64,000 nucleotides of DNA from positions 2,820 to 66,819 of the forward strand of contig JALEGX010000016.1 of the NCBI GenBank assembly GCA_022763485.1, read 5' to 3'. The notes beneath the pieces are model-generated. The model ran no database searches. It saw nothing but the letters and a program-made list of their open reading frames with translations, and was not told the DNA's origin. Each line of letters starts with the position of its first letter. The first letter of the stretch is position 1. Of the stretch, positions 31,162 through 42,599 are shown one piece after another. The position numbers were made by a program, and so were the translations under genes. Origin of the DNA: Paracoccaceae bacterium. Lineage in GTDB: Bacteria; Pseudomonadota; Alphaproteobacteria; Rhodobacterales; Rhodobacteraceae.

Positions 31162-31197
31162 ACACGGATGCGGGAAACCTGCCAAAAGAGACCAACC

Positions 31198-32271
31198 TCA
31201 GGCGACGCCTCCGGCAATCAGCCCCTCTGCGATGCGGGCATAGGCCTGGGCCATCGGCCCCTCACCCAGCGCAACCGGCGTACCCGCGTCCCCGCCCAGA
31301 CGGGTGTCCAGATCAATCGGCAGGCTGCCGATCAGCGGCACCCCAAGCTCCTGCGCCTCTTTGGCGACGCCGCCGTGACCAAAGATATGGTGTTCGGAAC
31401 CACAGTCGGGACAGGCAAAGAATGACATGTTTTCGATCAACCCCAGCACCGGCGTCTTGAGCGTGCCGAACATGTCCAGCGCCTTGCGCGCGTCCAGCAG
31501 CGCCACATCCTGTGGTGTGGACACGACGATGGCGCCGCTCAGTTCGGATTTGGTACACAAGGTCAGCTGCACATCGCCGGTCCCCGGTGGCAGGTCCACG
31601 ATCAGCACATCCAGCTCGCCCCAGTTGACCTGGGTCAGCATCTGCTGAAGTGCCCCCATCAGCATGGGGCCGCGCCAGACCACGGCCTTGCGCTCCTCCA
31701 ACATCAGGCCGATGGACATGATCGTGACCCCATGCGCATGAAGCGGTTCGATGGTTTTTCCGTCCGGGCTGGCGGGGCGCCCGCTGACCCCCATCATCCG
31801 CGGCACACTTGGTCCATATATATCTGCATCCAGCAAGCCGACGCGACGCCCCTGCCGTGCCAGCGCCACGGCAAGGTTTGAGGACACCGTCGATTTGCCA
31901 ACGCCGCCCTTGCCGGATCCCACAGCCAGGATGCGCTTGACGCCCGCCGGTTTCATCGGTCCGGCCTGCGGTTTGGCATGGCCACCGATCTTGAGGCTGG
32001 GCGCGGGCTGCGCCGGGGCCGCCGCGGCATGGGCCGTCAAGGCCACGGATACGGTATCCACGCCCGGCAAGGCCTGAACCGAGGCTTCGGCCGCGCGGCG
32101 CAGTGGCTCCATCAGCTTTGCGATCTCAGGGCTTGGGGCCTCAATGACGAATCGGACCGCCGCGCCGTCGATCGAGACCGCACGCACCATATCGCGACTC
32201 ACCAAAGTGCCCCCGTCAGGCAATGACAGACGCTCCAACGCGTCGAATACGTCCTTGCGATCCACAGTCAT
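31198..32271 (-). CDS. apbC: Mrp/NBP35-family iron-sulfur cluster carrier ATPase (ApbC)
   Basis: The ATG at 32271 (MTVDRKDVFDALERL) begins an N-terminal MIP18-like domain. This is followed by the deviant Walker A GSGKGGVGKST and the CPDCG motif. Confidence 0.92.
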   Translation of the reverse strand: MTVDRKDVFDALERLSLPDGGTLVSRDMVRAVSIDGAAVRFVIEAPSPEIAKLMEPLRRAAEASVQALPGVDTVSVALTAHAAAAPAQPAPSLKIGGHAKPQAGPMKPAGVKRILAVGSGKGGVGKSTVSSNLAVALARQGRRVGLLDADIYGPSVPRMMGVSGRPASPDGKTIEPLHAHGVTIMSIGLMLEERKAVVWRGPMLMGALQQMLTQVNWGELDVLIVDLPPGTGDVQLTLCTKSELSGAIVVSTPQDVALLDARKALDMFGTLKTPVLGLIENMSFFACPDCGSEHHIFGHGGVAKEAQELGVPLIGSLPIDLDTRLGGDAGTPVALGEGPMAQAYARIAEGLIAGGVA

Positions 32272-32545
32272 TTCCGCCTCCAGATTGATTAACCCGGTCA
32301 AACCGGGGGAATGGCCAACAAAACTGCATATCACTTGCACATTTCAGCGCCAAGCGAAACAGAAACAGGCCCTAAGTGCCGGAAAAGTAATCATTCCACC
32401 CATGCACTTTCTGCATAGCAGCATTGACTCTGGAAGGTATTGTGCAGCCGCAGCATTTCCCTAAATATGGTTCACAACAGCGCTGCACCGCAGCACACAG
32501 CCCACCACTCGGGCAACACGAAACACAGATTCAGAGGATCGACAC

Positions 32546-32758
32546 ATGGCCGCAACAACCCACATCAGCACCCGCAAAGGCGTTGGCTTTGGTGGTGTCT
32601 CGGCGATGATCGAAACCCTGATCGAACGCTATTCCCGCTACCGGATCTACCGCCAGACCGTCAATGAACTGGCGTCGCTGAGCAACCGGGAGCTGGCGGA
32701 TCTTGGGCTGAGCCGCTCCGAACTTCGGCGCGTCGCCCTGCAGGCCGCCTACGACTGA
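32546..32758 (+). CDS. DUF1127 domain-containing small protein (CcaF1-like)
   Basis: 70 aa. C-terminal YRQTVNELASLSNRELADLGLSRSEL is the DUF1127 signature. The CCUCCUCCC hairpin array follows immediately. Confidence 0.85.
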   Translation: MAATTHISTRKGVGFGGVSAMIETLIERYSRYRIYRQTVNELASLSNRELADLGLSRSELRRVALQAAYD

Positions 32759-32768
32759 AACACCGAGA

Positions 32769-32842
32769 TCAGGTCTTCTTCTCCTCCTCCCTTGAAGGCC
32801 TGAGATACGCGGCGGCAGCTCCCTCCTCCCTGCTGTCGCCGC
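32769..32842 (+). ncRNA. CcsR-like unit A (hairpins 1+2)
   Basis: Two adjacent hairpins with loops TTCTCCTCCTCCCTT and TCCCTCCTCCCT. Unit boundaries are inferred, not mapped. Confidence 0.55.
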
Positions 32843-32875
32843 ACCCAATACCGGCCCAACACGCCGGACAGAGTT

Positions 32876-32951
32876 CACCGGGGCCTTCCTCCTCCCTTGT
32901 CTCGGTGAAGCCTACGCACCAGGGTCTTCTCCTCCTCCCTTGGCCTTGGTG
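32876..32951 (+). ncRNA. CcsR-like unit B (hairpins 3+4)
   Basis: Two hairpins with loops CTTCCTCCTCCCTT and TTCTCCTCCTCCCTT. The second loop is identical to loop 1. Confidence 0.55.
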
Positions 32952-32961
32952 TTAAATGAAG

Positions 32962-33007
32962 ACGGCGGCGCCCTCCTCCTCCCTGGCGTCGCCGTTTTTC
33001 TTTTTTC
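32962..33007 (+). ncRNA. CcsR-like hairpin 5 doubling as intrinsic terminator
   Basis: GC-rich stem ACGGCGGCG / CGTCGCCGT with a CCCTCCTCCTCCC loop, followed by a U-tract. Confidence 0.7.
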
Positions 33008-33184
33008 GGCCCAGCGCTCCCCTCATCACCCGATCCCAGCCCCCGGCCCACCCCACGGCACCGTCTTGCGTGACCTGCCCCTTGATCCCGTCAGCGGCAG
33101 ACAGACCAGACGCCCAAAACAAAACCAGCGCCCGGATGGGACGCTGGTTGTCAGGTTACACTTGCCGGCCGGCTGAACGGCAGC

Positions 33185-35593
<2,409 letters not shown>

Positions 35594-35635
35594 GCCTTAC
35601 AGAGTAAGCCAATCGGGCCGCAAGGGAAAGATTTT

Positions 35636-35650
35636 GTTCACCTCTTGTTC
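35636..35650. promoter_or_regulatory. Alphaproteobacterial LexA (SOS) box GTTC-N7-GTTC upstream of uvrD
   Basis: GTTCACCTCTTGTTC lies 43 nt upstream of the uvrD ATG, in the divergent uvrD/GGDEF intergenic region. Confidence 0.65.
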
Positions 35651-35775
35651 ACGGGCCCGCAAAACCGTTCGACGCCAAGAATTTCACTCAATTCCGCATC
35701 GTTTCGCAATGGGTGAATTAACCGGATCTCAACCCTCGCAAGCCAGCTTCGCCGGGCAATTCAGGAGCGCGGAAC

Positions 35776-37581
35776 ATGATGGAAAACACGCAGAGCGGGA
35801 TGCTGGCACGGCTGCGCTGGCTTGGCCTGACCACCTTTCTTGGGGGATTGCTGATCGTTGCAATCTGGGGCGTTCTGGCCCTCCCCGTACCAATCGTGGA
35901 TCGCATGCTCGAAGCGGATATCCGGCGTCAGGCCGAGCTTTGGGAGCGCCGTGTGATACTGCACATGTCGGACGTACAGCGCACCTTCGACTCCGGCGTC
36001 GTGGTCGAACATGACGCCGAATACCTGAACATGATGCCCGAAGCCTCGGACGTCTATCGGTTCAAGCTGTTCGAGGCCGATGGCACGGTCTTCTGGTCGA
36101 CCCGTGCCAGTGACATTGGCGGGCAGAACACCAAGCCCTATTTCCTGGAAATCGTTTCCCAGGGCGGCGTTTACTACAACCACATGGAAAAACCGGCGTC
36201 CGAAGTGGACGACCTGCCGCTGCATGTACGTCAGATGGACGGTGACAAGCCCCGCCACGTGGCCGAGATCTATCGGCCGATCCTGCTGAACGGGCGCTTT
36301 TCCGGGGCAATCGAGTTCTACACCGACATCACAGAGATCCGGAACACCTTCATCCTGCGTGTGCGGATCCTGCTGTCAGTGCTCTGTGGGGTGGCCTATC
36401 TGGCCCTGGCAACAAACAGCATCGTCATCTACCGCAGCAACCGCAAACAGATCAAAGCGCTCAGCCGCCAGTCAGATTCCGAACGCGACCTGATGAACGA
36501 ACAATTGCGTCTCGCGCGTGAGGTGCGCCTGCTGGGAGAGCTGAATGAGTGGTTGCAATCCAGCCGCTCGCTGGATGAGCTTTTCGATATGGTAGCGCGC
36601 TTCATGACCCATATCCTGCCGGATGCCGAGGGCAGCGTGTATGTCTATTCGAACTCACGCGATGTGCTGGACGGCAGCGCCAGCTGGAACGGCGGCAACC
36701 ACAAGGCCCATATCCAGCCCGAAAGCTGCTGGGGCCTGCGCCGCGGGCGGACTTATGAATTCGGCGCGACAGAGGTGGATTTTGTCTGCGAACACGCCGA
36801 ACCGCACGACGGGCGGCCCTATTTCTGTTTCCCGATCCTGGCCCATGGCGAAACCGTCGGCCTTATGCACCTGCGAGCAAAGCGGGAAGACTGTGAATGT
36901 TTCCGCGAAAACAAGAAGCTGGCCCAGATGTGCGCCGAACAGATCAGCATGGCCATCGCCAATGTGCGGATGCGCGATCAGTTGCATGATCAATCCGTCC
37001 GCGATCCGCTGACCGGCCTGTTCAATCGCCGACACATGACCGACACGCTGCGCAAATGCCTGAAACGCTGTCAGGGACAGGGCGCGCGGCTGAGCCTGAT
37101 TGCCGTGGATGTCGATCACTTCAAGAAGTTCAATGACAACCACGGGCATGATGCCGGGGACATGGTTCTGCGCGCGGTCGGATCGGTGCTGGATCAGGCC
37201 TGCGACCGGGATGAGATCGCTTGCCGCATCGGGGGTGAGGAGTTCACCCTGTTGCTGCCGGATTTGCCCGCCGAGGAGGTCATCGCCCGTGCCGAACGTC
37301 TGCGCCAGGCGGTTGAGGCGATCACCGTCCGCTATGGGGAGAAGTCGCTGCCACGGGTGACCATCTCGCTTGGCGTGGCCCATTACCCGACCCACGGCAC
37401 CATGCCCCAGGACCTGATGCGCGCCGCTGATGAGGCGCTCTATGACGCGAAGGCCAGCGGCCGCAATCAGGTCTGCGTCGCCGATCAGTCAAAGCCCCGG
37501 CCCCACCCGGATCCGCGGCAGGCAGACCCCATGGGCCCAAGCGAGCCGCAACCGGGACAAAGCCCGCTGGCGGCGGAGTGA
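35776..37581 (+). CDS. Sensor diguanylate cyclase (membrane sensor region, GAF-like domain, GGDEF)
   Basis: 601 aa. Two TM segments flank a periplasmic-type region. A GAF-like segment follows, then a GGDEF domain (DPLTGLFNRR, active site RIGGEEF). Confidence 0.88.
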   Translation: MMENTQSGMLARLRWLGLTTFLGGLLIVAIWGVLALPVPIVDRMLEADIRRQAELWERRVILHMSDVQRTFDSGVVVEHDAEYLNMMPEASDVYRFKLFEADGTVFWSTRASDIGGQNTKPYFLEIVSQGGVYYNHMEKPASEVDDLPLHVRQMDGDKPRHVAEIYRPILLNGRFSGAIEFYTDITEIRNTFILRVRILLSVLCGVAYLALATNSIVIYRSNRKQIKALSRQSDSERDLMNEQLRLAREVRLLGELNEWLQSSRSLDELFDMVARFMTHILPDAEGSVYVYSNSRDVLDGSASWNGGNHKAHIQPESCWGLRRGRTYEFGATEVDFVCEHAEPHDGRPYFCFPILAHGETVGLMHLRAKREDCECFRENKKLAQMCAEQISMAIANVRMRDQLHDQSVRDPLTGLFNRRHMTDTLRKCLKRCQGQGARLSLIAVDVDHFKKFNDNHGHDAGDMVLRAVGSVLDQACDRDEIACRIGGEEFTLLLPDLPAEEVIARAERLRQAVEAITVRYGEKSLPRVTISLGVAHYPTHGTMPQDLMRAADEALYDAKASGRNQVCVADQSKPRPHPDPRQADPMGPSEPQPGQSPLAAE

Positions 37582-37623
37582 ACCCACCCTTGCCGAATCG
37601 ATCCGCAGGTCCGATCAATCGGC

Positions 37624-38769
37624 ATGGACCTGCATCAAACCTATCCCGGCCTGGACGACCTGAAACGCAAGGCGCAAAAACGCCTGCCTCATTTCGTGTG
37701 GGAGTTTCTGGACAGCGGCACCGGGGTAGAGGCCACCAAATCCCGCAACCGCGCGGCGCTGGACGGCCTGGGCTTTCTGCCCTCGATCCTGCATGGCCCT
37801 TTGGATGTCGACCTGAGCGTCACCCTGCTTGAGCGCCAGTACCCCCTGCCCATCGGCATCGCCCCGGTCGGCATGTCCGGACTGATCTGGCCCGGGGCCG
37901 AGCAGATCCTTGCCCAAACCGCCCAGCGCGCGGGCGTTCCCTATACGCTTTCCACCGTGGCCAGCCAAAACCCCGAGGATCTGGCGCCCCATATCGGCGC
38001 GCAGGGTTGGTTCCAGCTCTATCCGCCCAAGGCGCCGGAGATCCGCGCCGACATGCTGGAACGTGCGCGCGCGGCCGGGTTCCATACGCTGGTCCTTACT
38101 GTTGATATTCCGGTGGCCTCCCGCCGCGAACGACAGACCCGGTCGGGCCTGACCCAACCGCCGCGCCTGACCCCGCGCCTGCTGGCACAGGTCGCACGCC
38201 GCCCCGCCTGGGCACTTGGCATGGCGCAGGCCGGGATGCCCCGCATGCGGTCGCTGCACAAATATGTGACCGCGGATATGGCTGGCCTGCCCCCCACCGC
38301 ACATATCGGCTATCTGCTGCGGACCTCTCCGGACGCGGATTATGTGCGCTGGTTGCGCGACAATTGGGACGGTCCACTGGTGATCAAAGGGGTGATGCGC
38401 CCTGACGATGCGCCGATGCTGGAACAGATCGGTGTCGATGCGCTCTGGGTGTCGAACCACGCCGGCCGGCAGTTTGACGGCTGCCCCGCCTCGATCGAGA
38501 TGCTGCAGCAGATTCGCGCGGCGACCAAGCTGCCGCTGATCTTTGACAGTGGCATCGAAGGGGGCCTGGATATTCTGCGCGCCCTGTCGCTGGGGGCCGA
38601 TTTCATCATGCTGGGGCGCGGCTTTCACTATGCGCTGGCTGCGCTTGGTGAAAAGGGTCCGCAACACCTGATCGAGATTCTGCAGCGTGACCTCGAAGCC
38701 AATATGGGGCAGATGGGCATTGCCTCCCTGGGGGATCTGCCCCCTGCCCGGACCCTGAGCGACCTCTGA
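37624..38769 (+). CDS. FMN-dependent alpha-hydroxy acid dehydrogenase (L-lactate dehydrogenase LldD-like)
   Basis: 381 aa. TIM-barrel glycolate oxidase/LldD family pattern (VSNHAGRQ, DSGIEGGLDILRALSLGADF). Confidence 0.85.
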   Translation: MDLHQTYPGLDDLKRKAQKRLPHFVWEFLDSGTGVEATKSRNRAALDGLGFLPSILHGPLDVDLSVTLLERQYPLPIGIAPVGMSGLIWPGAEQILAQTAQRAGVPYTLSTVASQNPEDLAPHIGAQGWFQLYPPKAPEIRADMLERARAAGFHTLVLTVDIPVASRRERQTRSGLTQPPRLTPRLLAQVARRPAWALGMAQAGMPRMRSLHKYVTADMAGLPPTAHIGYLLRTSPDADYVRWLRDNWDGPLVIKGVMRPDDAPMLEQIGVDALWVSNHAGRQFDGCPASIEMLQQIRAATKLPLIFDSGIEGGLDILRALSLGADFIMLGRGFHYALAALGEKGPQHLIEILQRDLEANMGQMGIASLGDLPPARTLSDL

Positions 38770-38931
38770 ATTCTAACGAATCCCAACAGAATCTTTCAAA
38801 GCCGTTACAAAAAGTGCCGGATTTTCGCCGTATGAGAGCGCAATCATGCCGGTTCTACCCAGAAACACGGGTATACGTGACGCTAATATGACCATAACAC
38901 AACGTCACAACTCTACTTCTCCGAGGGTGAA

Positions 38932-41900
38932 ATGACCGACTTCAAGAAGATCCTTGTAGCCAACCGAGGCGAAATTGCGATTCGTGTGATGCGGGCCGCG
39001 AACGAGATGGGCAAACGCACCGTTGCCGTCTTTGCCGAGGAAGACAAACTTGGCTTGCACCGTTTCAAGGCGGATGAGGCCTATCGTATTGGCGAAGGAC
39101 TTGGGCCGGTGGCCGCCTACCTGTCGATCGACGAAATCATTCGCGTCGCCAAGGAAAGCGGCGCCGATGCGATCCACCCGGGCTATGGCCTGCTGTCGGA
39201 AAACCCCGACTTCGTTGACGCCTGCGCCCGCAACGGCATCACGTTCATCGGCCCCAAGGCCGAAACCATGCGCGCCCTTGGCGACAAAGCCAGCGCCCGC
39301 AAGGTTGCGATCAAGGCCGACGTGCCGGTGATCCCCGCCACCGAGGTGCTGGGCGATGACATGGACGCCATCAAGAAGGAAGCCGCCGAGATCGGCTATC
39401 CGCTGATGCTGAAGGCCTCCTGGGGTGGCGGCGGACGTGGTATGCGTCCCATCAACTCCGAAGATGAGCTGGAAGAGAAGGTTCTGGAAGGCCGCCGCGA
39501 AGCCGAAGCCGCCTTCGGCAATGGCGAAGGCTATCTGGAAAAGATGATCACCCGCGCCCGTCACGTCGAGGTGCAGATCCTTGGCGACAAGCACGGCGAG
39601 ATCTATCACCTCTACGAGCGTGACTGCTCGGTCCAGCGCCGCAACCAGAAGGTCGTGGAACGCGCCCCCGCCCCCTACCTGACCGAAGAGCAGCGCGCCG
39701 AGATCTGTGAGCTGGGCCGCCGCATCTGTGCCCATGTGAACTATGAATGCGCCGGCACCGTCGAATTCCTGATGGATATGAACACCGGCAAGTTCTACTT
39801 CATCGAGGTGAACCCGCGGGTTCAGGTGGAACACACCGTCACCGAAGAAGTCACCGGCATCGACATCGTTCAGGCGCAGATCCTGATCGCAGAAGGCAAG
39901 ACCATTGCCGAAGCGACCGGCAAGGCCAGCCAGGATGAGGTGCGTCTGAACGGCCACGCGCTGCAGACCCGGATCACCACCGAGGACCCGCAGAACAACT
40001 TCATCCCCGACTACGGCCGCATCACCGCCTTCCGCGAGGCGACCGGCATGGGCATCCGCCTGGACGGCGGCACCGCCTATTCGGGCGGCGTGATCACCCG
40101 CTACTATGACTCGCTGCTGGTGAAGGTCACCGCCCACGCCCAGACCCCGGAAAAAGCCATTGCGCGGATGGACCGAGCGCTGCGCGAATTCCGCATCCGT
40201 GGCGTCAGCACCAACATCGCCTTCGTCGAGAACCTGCTGAAGCACCCGACCTTCCTGTCGAATGAATACACCACCAAGTTCATCGACGAGACCCAGGACC
40301 TGTTCCAGTTCAAGCGCCGTCGCGACCGCGGCACCAAGGTGCTGACCTATATCGCTGACATCAGCGTCAACGGTCACCCCGAGACCACCGACCGCGCCGA
40401 GCCCGCGGCCGACCTGAAAGAGCCGCGCGCGCCGCAGGTGGATCCGGGCTTTGCCCCCTACGGCACCCGCAACCTGCTGGAACAGAAAGGCGCACAGGCT
40501 GTCGCCGACTGGATGAAGGCACAGCGCCAGCTGCTGCTGACCGACACCACCATGCGCGATGGTCACCAGTCGCTGCTGGCCACCCGGATGCGGTCGATCG
40601 ACATGATCAAGGTGGCTCCGGCCTACGCCGCAAACCTGCCACAGCTGTTCAGTGTTGAATGCTGGGGCGGTGCGACCTTCGACGTGGCCTACCGCTTCCT
40701 GCAGGAATGCCCCTGGCAGCGTCTGCGCAATCTGCGTGAGGCCATGCCGAACCTGATGACGCAGATGCTGCTGCGCGCCTCCAACGGCGTCGGCTACACC
40801 AACTATCCGGACAACGTGGTACAGGAATTCGTGCGTCAGGCCGCCCAGACTGGCGTCGACGTCTTCCGCGTCTTCGACTCGCTCAACTGGGTCGAAAACA
40901 TGCGTGTTGCCATGGATGCCGTGGTCGAAAGCGGCAAGGTCTGTGAAGGCACCATCTGCTACACCGGCGACATTCTGGACCCGGAGCGGTCGAAATACGA
41001 CCTGAAATACTATGTCGGCATGGCCAAGGAACTGGAGGCCGCTGGTGCCCATGTTCTGGGCCTGAAAGACATGGCAGGTCTGCTGAAACCGGCCTCGGCC
41101 AAAGTGCTGATCAAAGCGCTCAAGGAACAGGTCGGCCTGCCGATCCACTTCCACACCCATGACACCAGCGGCATTGCCGGCGCCACCATCCTGGCCGCCG
41201 CTGATGCAGGCGTTGATGCAGTGGACGCGGCCATGGACGCCTTCTCGGGCGGCACCTCGCAGCCCTGCCTGGGCTCGATTGTCGAAGGTCTGCGCAACAC
41301 CGACCGAGACACCGGTATCGACATCGCCAAAGTGCGCGAGATCAGCGATTACTGGGAAGGCGTGCGGGCGCAGTATGTGGCCTTTGAGTCGGGCCTGGCG
41401 GCCCCTGCTTCCGAGGTCTACCTGCACGAGATGCCGGGCGGCCAGTTCACCAACCTGAAGGCGCAGGCGCGTTCGCTGGGACTGGAAGAAAAATGGTCCG
41501 ACGTGGCCCAGACCTATGCCGACGTGAACCAGATGTTCGGTGACATCGTGAAGGTGACCCCGTCGTCCAAGGTTGTCGGCGACATGGCCCTGATGATGGT
41601 CAGCCAGGGCCTGACCCGGGATGAGGTCGAAAGCCCCGAAACCGATGTGGCCTTCCCCGACTCCGTCGTGGACATGATGCGCGGCAACCTGGGCCAGCCT
41701 CCGGGCGGCTTCCCGGACGGGATCGTGTCGAAGGTTCTGAAAGGCGAATCTCCCAACACCGAACGCCCCGGCGCCCACCTGGAGCCGGTGGATCTGGAGC
41801 AGGTGCGTGCGGAACTGAGCAAGGAGCTGGAAGGCTACAAGGTGGATGATGAGGACCTGAACGGGTATCTGATGTATCCCAAGGTCTTCCTGGACTACAT

Positions 41901-42375
41901 GGGGCGTCACCGCTCCTATGGTCCGGTCCGTGCCCTGCCGACCCGCACCTTCTTCTACGGGATGGAACCGGGTGAAGAGATCACCGCAGAGATCGATCCG
42001 GGCAAGACGCTGGAAATCCGCCTGCAGGCCATCGGTGAAACCGACGAAAACGGCGAAGTGAAGGTGTTCTTCGAACTCAACGGTCAGCCGCGTGTCATTC
42101 GCGTACCGAACCGCCTGGTGAAGTCGTCGACCGCCTCGCGTCCCAAAGCGGAAGCCGGAAACGCCAACCACATCGGCGCCCCGATGCCGGGCGTCGTGGC
42201 CACCGTTGCCGTCAGCGCCGGCCAAGAGGTCAAGGAAGGCGATCTGCTGTTGACCATCGAAGCCATGAAGATGGAAACCGGCATCCACGCCGAACGTGAC
42301 GCAACGGTCAAGGCCGTGCACGCTCATGCGGGGGGCCAGATCGATGCCAAGGACCTGCTGATCGAGCTGGAATAA
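38932..42375 (+). CDS. pyc: Pyruvate carboxylase
   Basis: 1147 aa. Biotin carboxylase domain, carboxyltransferase (HMGL-like) domain, and a C-terminal biotinyl domain with EAMKME. Confidence 0.97.
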   Translation: MTDFKKILVANRGEIAIRVMRAANEMGKRTVAVFAEEDKLGLHRFKADEAYRIGEGLGPVAAYLSIDEIIRVAKESGADAIHPGYGLLSENPDFVDACARNGITFIGPKAETMRALGDKASARKVAIKADVPVIPATEVLGDDMDAIKKEAAEIGYPLMLKASWGGGGRGMRPINSEDELEEKVLEGRREAEAAFGNGEGYLEKMITRARHVEVQILGDKHGEIYHLYERDCSVQRRNQKVVERAPAPYLTEEQRAEICELGRRICAHVNYECAGTVEFLMDMNTGKFYFIEVNPRVQVEHTVTEEVTGIDIVQAQILIAEGKTIAEATGKASQDEVRLNGHALQTRITTEDPQNNFIPDYGRITAFREATGMGIRLDGGTAYSGGVITRYYDSLLVKVTAHAQTPEKAIARMDRALREFRIRGVSTNIAFVENLLKHPTFLSNEYTTKFIDETQDLFQFKRRRDRGTKVLTYIADISVNGHPETTDRAEPAADLKEPRAPQVDPGFAPYGTRNLLEQKGAQAVADWMKAQRQLLLTDTTMRDGHQSLLATRMRSIDMIKVAPAYAANLPQLFSVECWGGATFDVAYRFLQECPWQRLRNLREAMPNLMTQMLLRASNGVGYTNYPDNVVQEFVRQAAQTGVDVFRVFDSLNWVENMRVAMDAVVESGKVCEGTICYTGDILDPERSKYDLKYYVGMAKELEAAGAHVLGLKDMAGLLKPASAKVLIKALKEQVGLPIHFHTHDTSGIAGATILAAADAGVDAVDAAMDAFSGGTSQPCLGSIVEGLRNTDRDTGIDIAKVREISDYWEGVRAQYVAFESGLAAPASEVYLHEMPGGQFTNLKAQARSLGLEEKWSDVAQTYADVNQMFGDIVKVTPSSKVVGDMALMMVSQGLTRDEVESPETDVAFPDSVVDMMRGNLGQPPGGFPDGIVSKVLKGESPNTERPGAHLEPVDLEQVRAELSKELEGYKVDDEDLNGYLMYPKVFLDYMGRHRSYGPVRALPTRTFFYGMEPGEEITAEIDPGKTLEIRLQAIGETDENGEVKVFFELNGQPRVIRVPNRLVKSSTASRPKAEAGNANHIGAPMPGVVATVAVSAGQEVKEGDLLLTIEAMKMETGIHAERDATVKAVHAHAGGQIDAKDLLIELE

Positions 42376-42401
42376 GCTCTCATCCTTCGGGAAAAATCAC
42401 C

Positions 42402-42433
42402 ACGGCGCGCGGCCTCTGCTGCGCGCCGTTTTT
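42402..42433 (+). terminator. Rho-independent terminator after pyc
   Basis: Perfect 9-bp stem ACGGCGCGC / GCGCGCCGT, 10-nt loop, then TTTTT. Confidence 0.75.
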
Positions 42434-42599
42434 CGTGGCGGCCGGGCATTTTTCAACCTGACGTGAATTCTTGCCGACCGCGCAGCCTTCACTTTCCATG
42501 ATCCGCGCCACCCGCTATGATGCGCAAAAAGACGGGGTGGCCATGCGGGCCGCTCCGGCAAGCAGGCAGCACAGACCGGGGAACCGGCGCAAGAGCAGG

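Larger units (their letters stand above)
32769..33007 (+). ncRNA. Tandem array of five CCUCCUCCC-loop hairpins (CcsR / cuckoo-type sRNAs)
   Basis: Stems 32769-32778/32794-32803, 32809-32819/32832-32842, 32876-32884/32899-32907, 32917-32926/32942-32951 and 32962-32970/32987-32995. Each loop carries C/U-only CTCCTCCTCCC-like sequence. The last stem is followed by TTTTTCTTTTTT. Confidence 0.8.

Noticed and set aside
30557-31243. Small ORFs (60-88 aa) on both strands within the AT-rich island upstream of mraZ
   Set aside because: They have no coding-like composition and no recognisable motifs. They overlap one another and the repeat elements. I treat the region as non-coding.
32424-32468. Possible stress-sigma (RpoH-like) promoter for the DUF1127/CcsR locus (TTGTGC ... 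CCTAAATAT)
   Set aside because: Spacing and consensus recalled from memory are too uncertain. I cannot support a promoter call without TSS data.
38905-42327. 1140-aa ORF antisense to the whole of pyruvate carboxylase
   Set aside because: It exactly mirrors the pyc frame and has a low-complexity Gly/Ala/Val/Asp/His-rich composition with no recognisable domain. Stop-free antisense frames are expected in GC-rich genes with strong GC3 bias. pyc itself is unambiguous.
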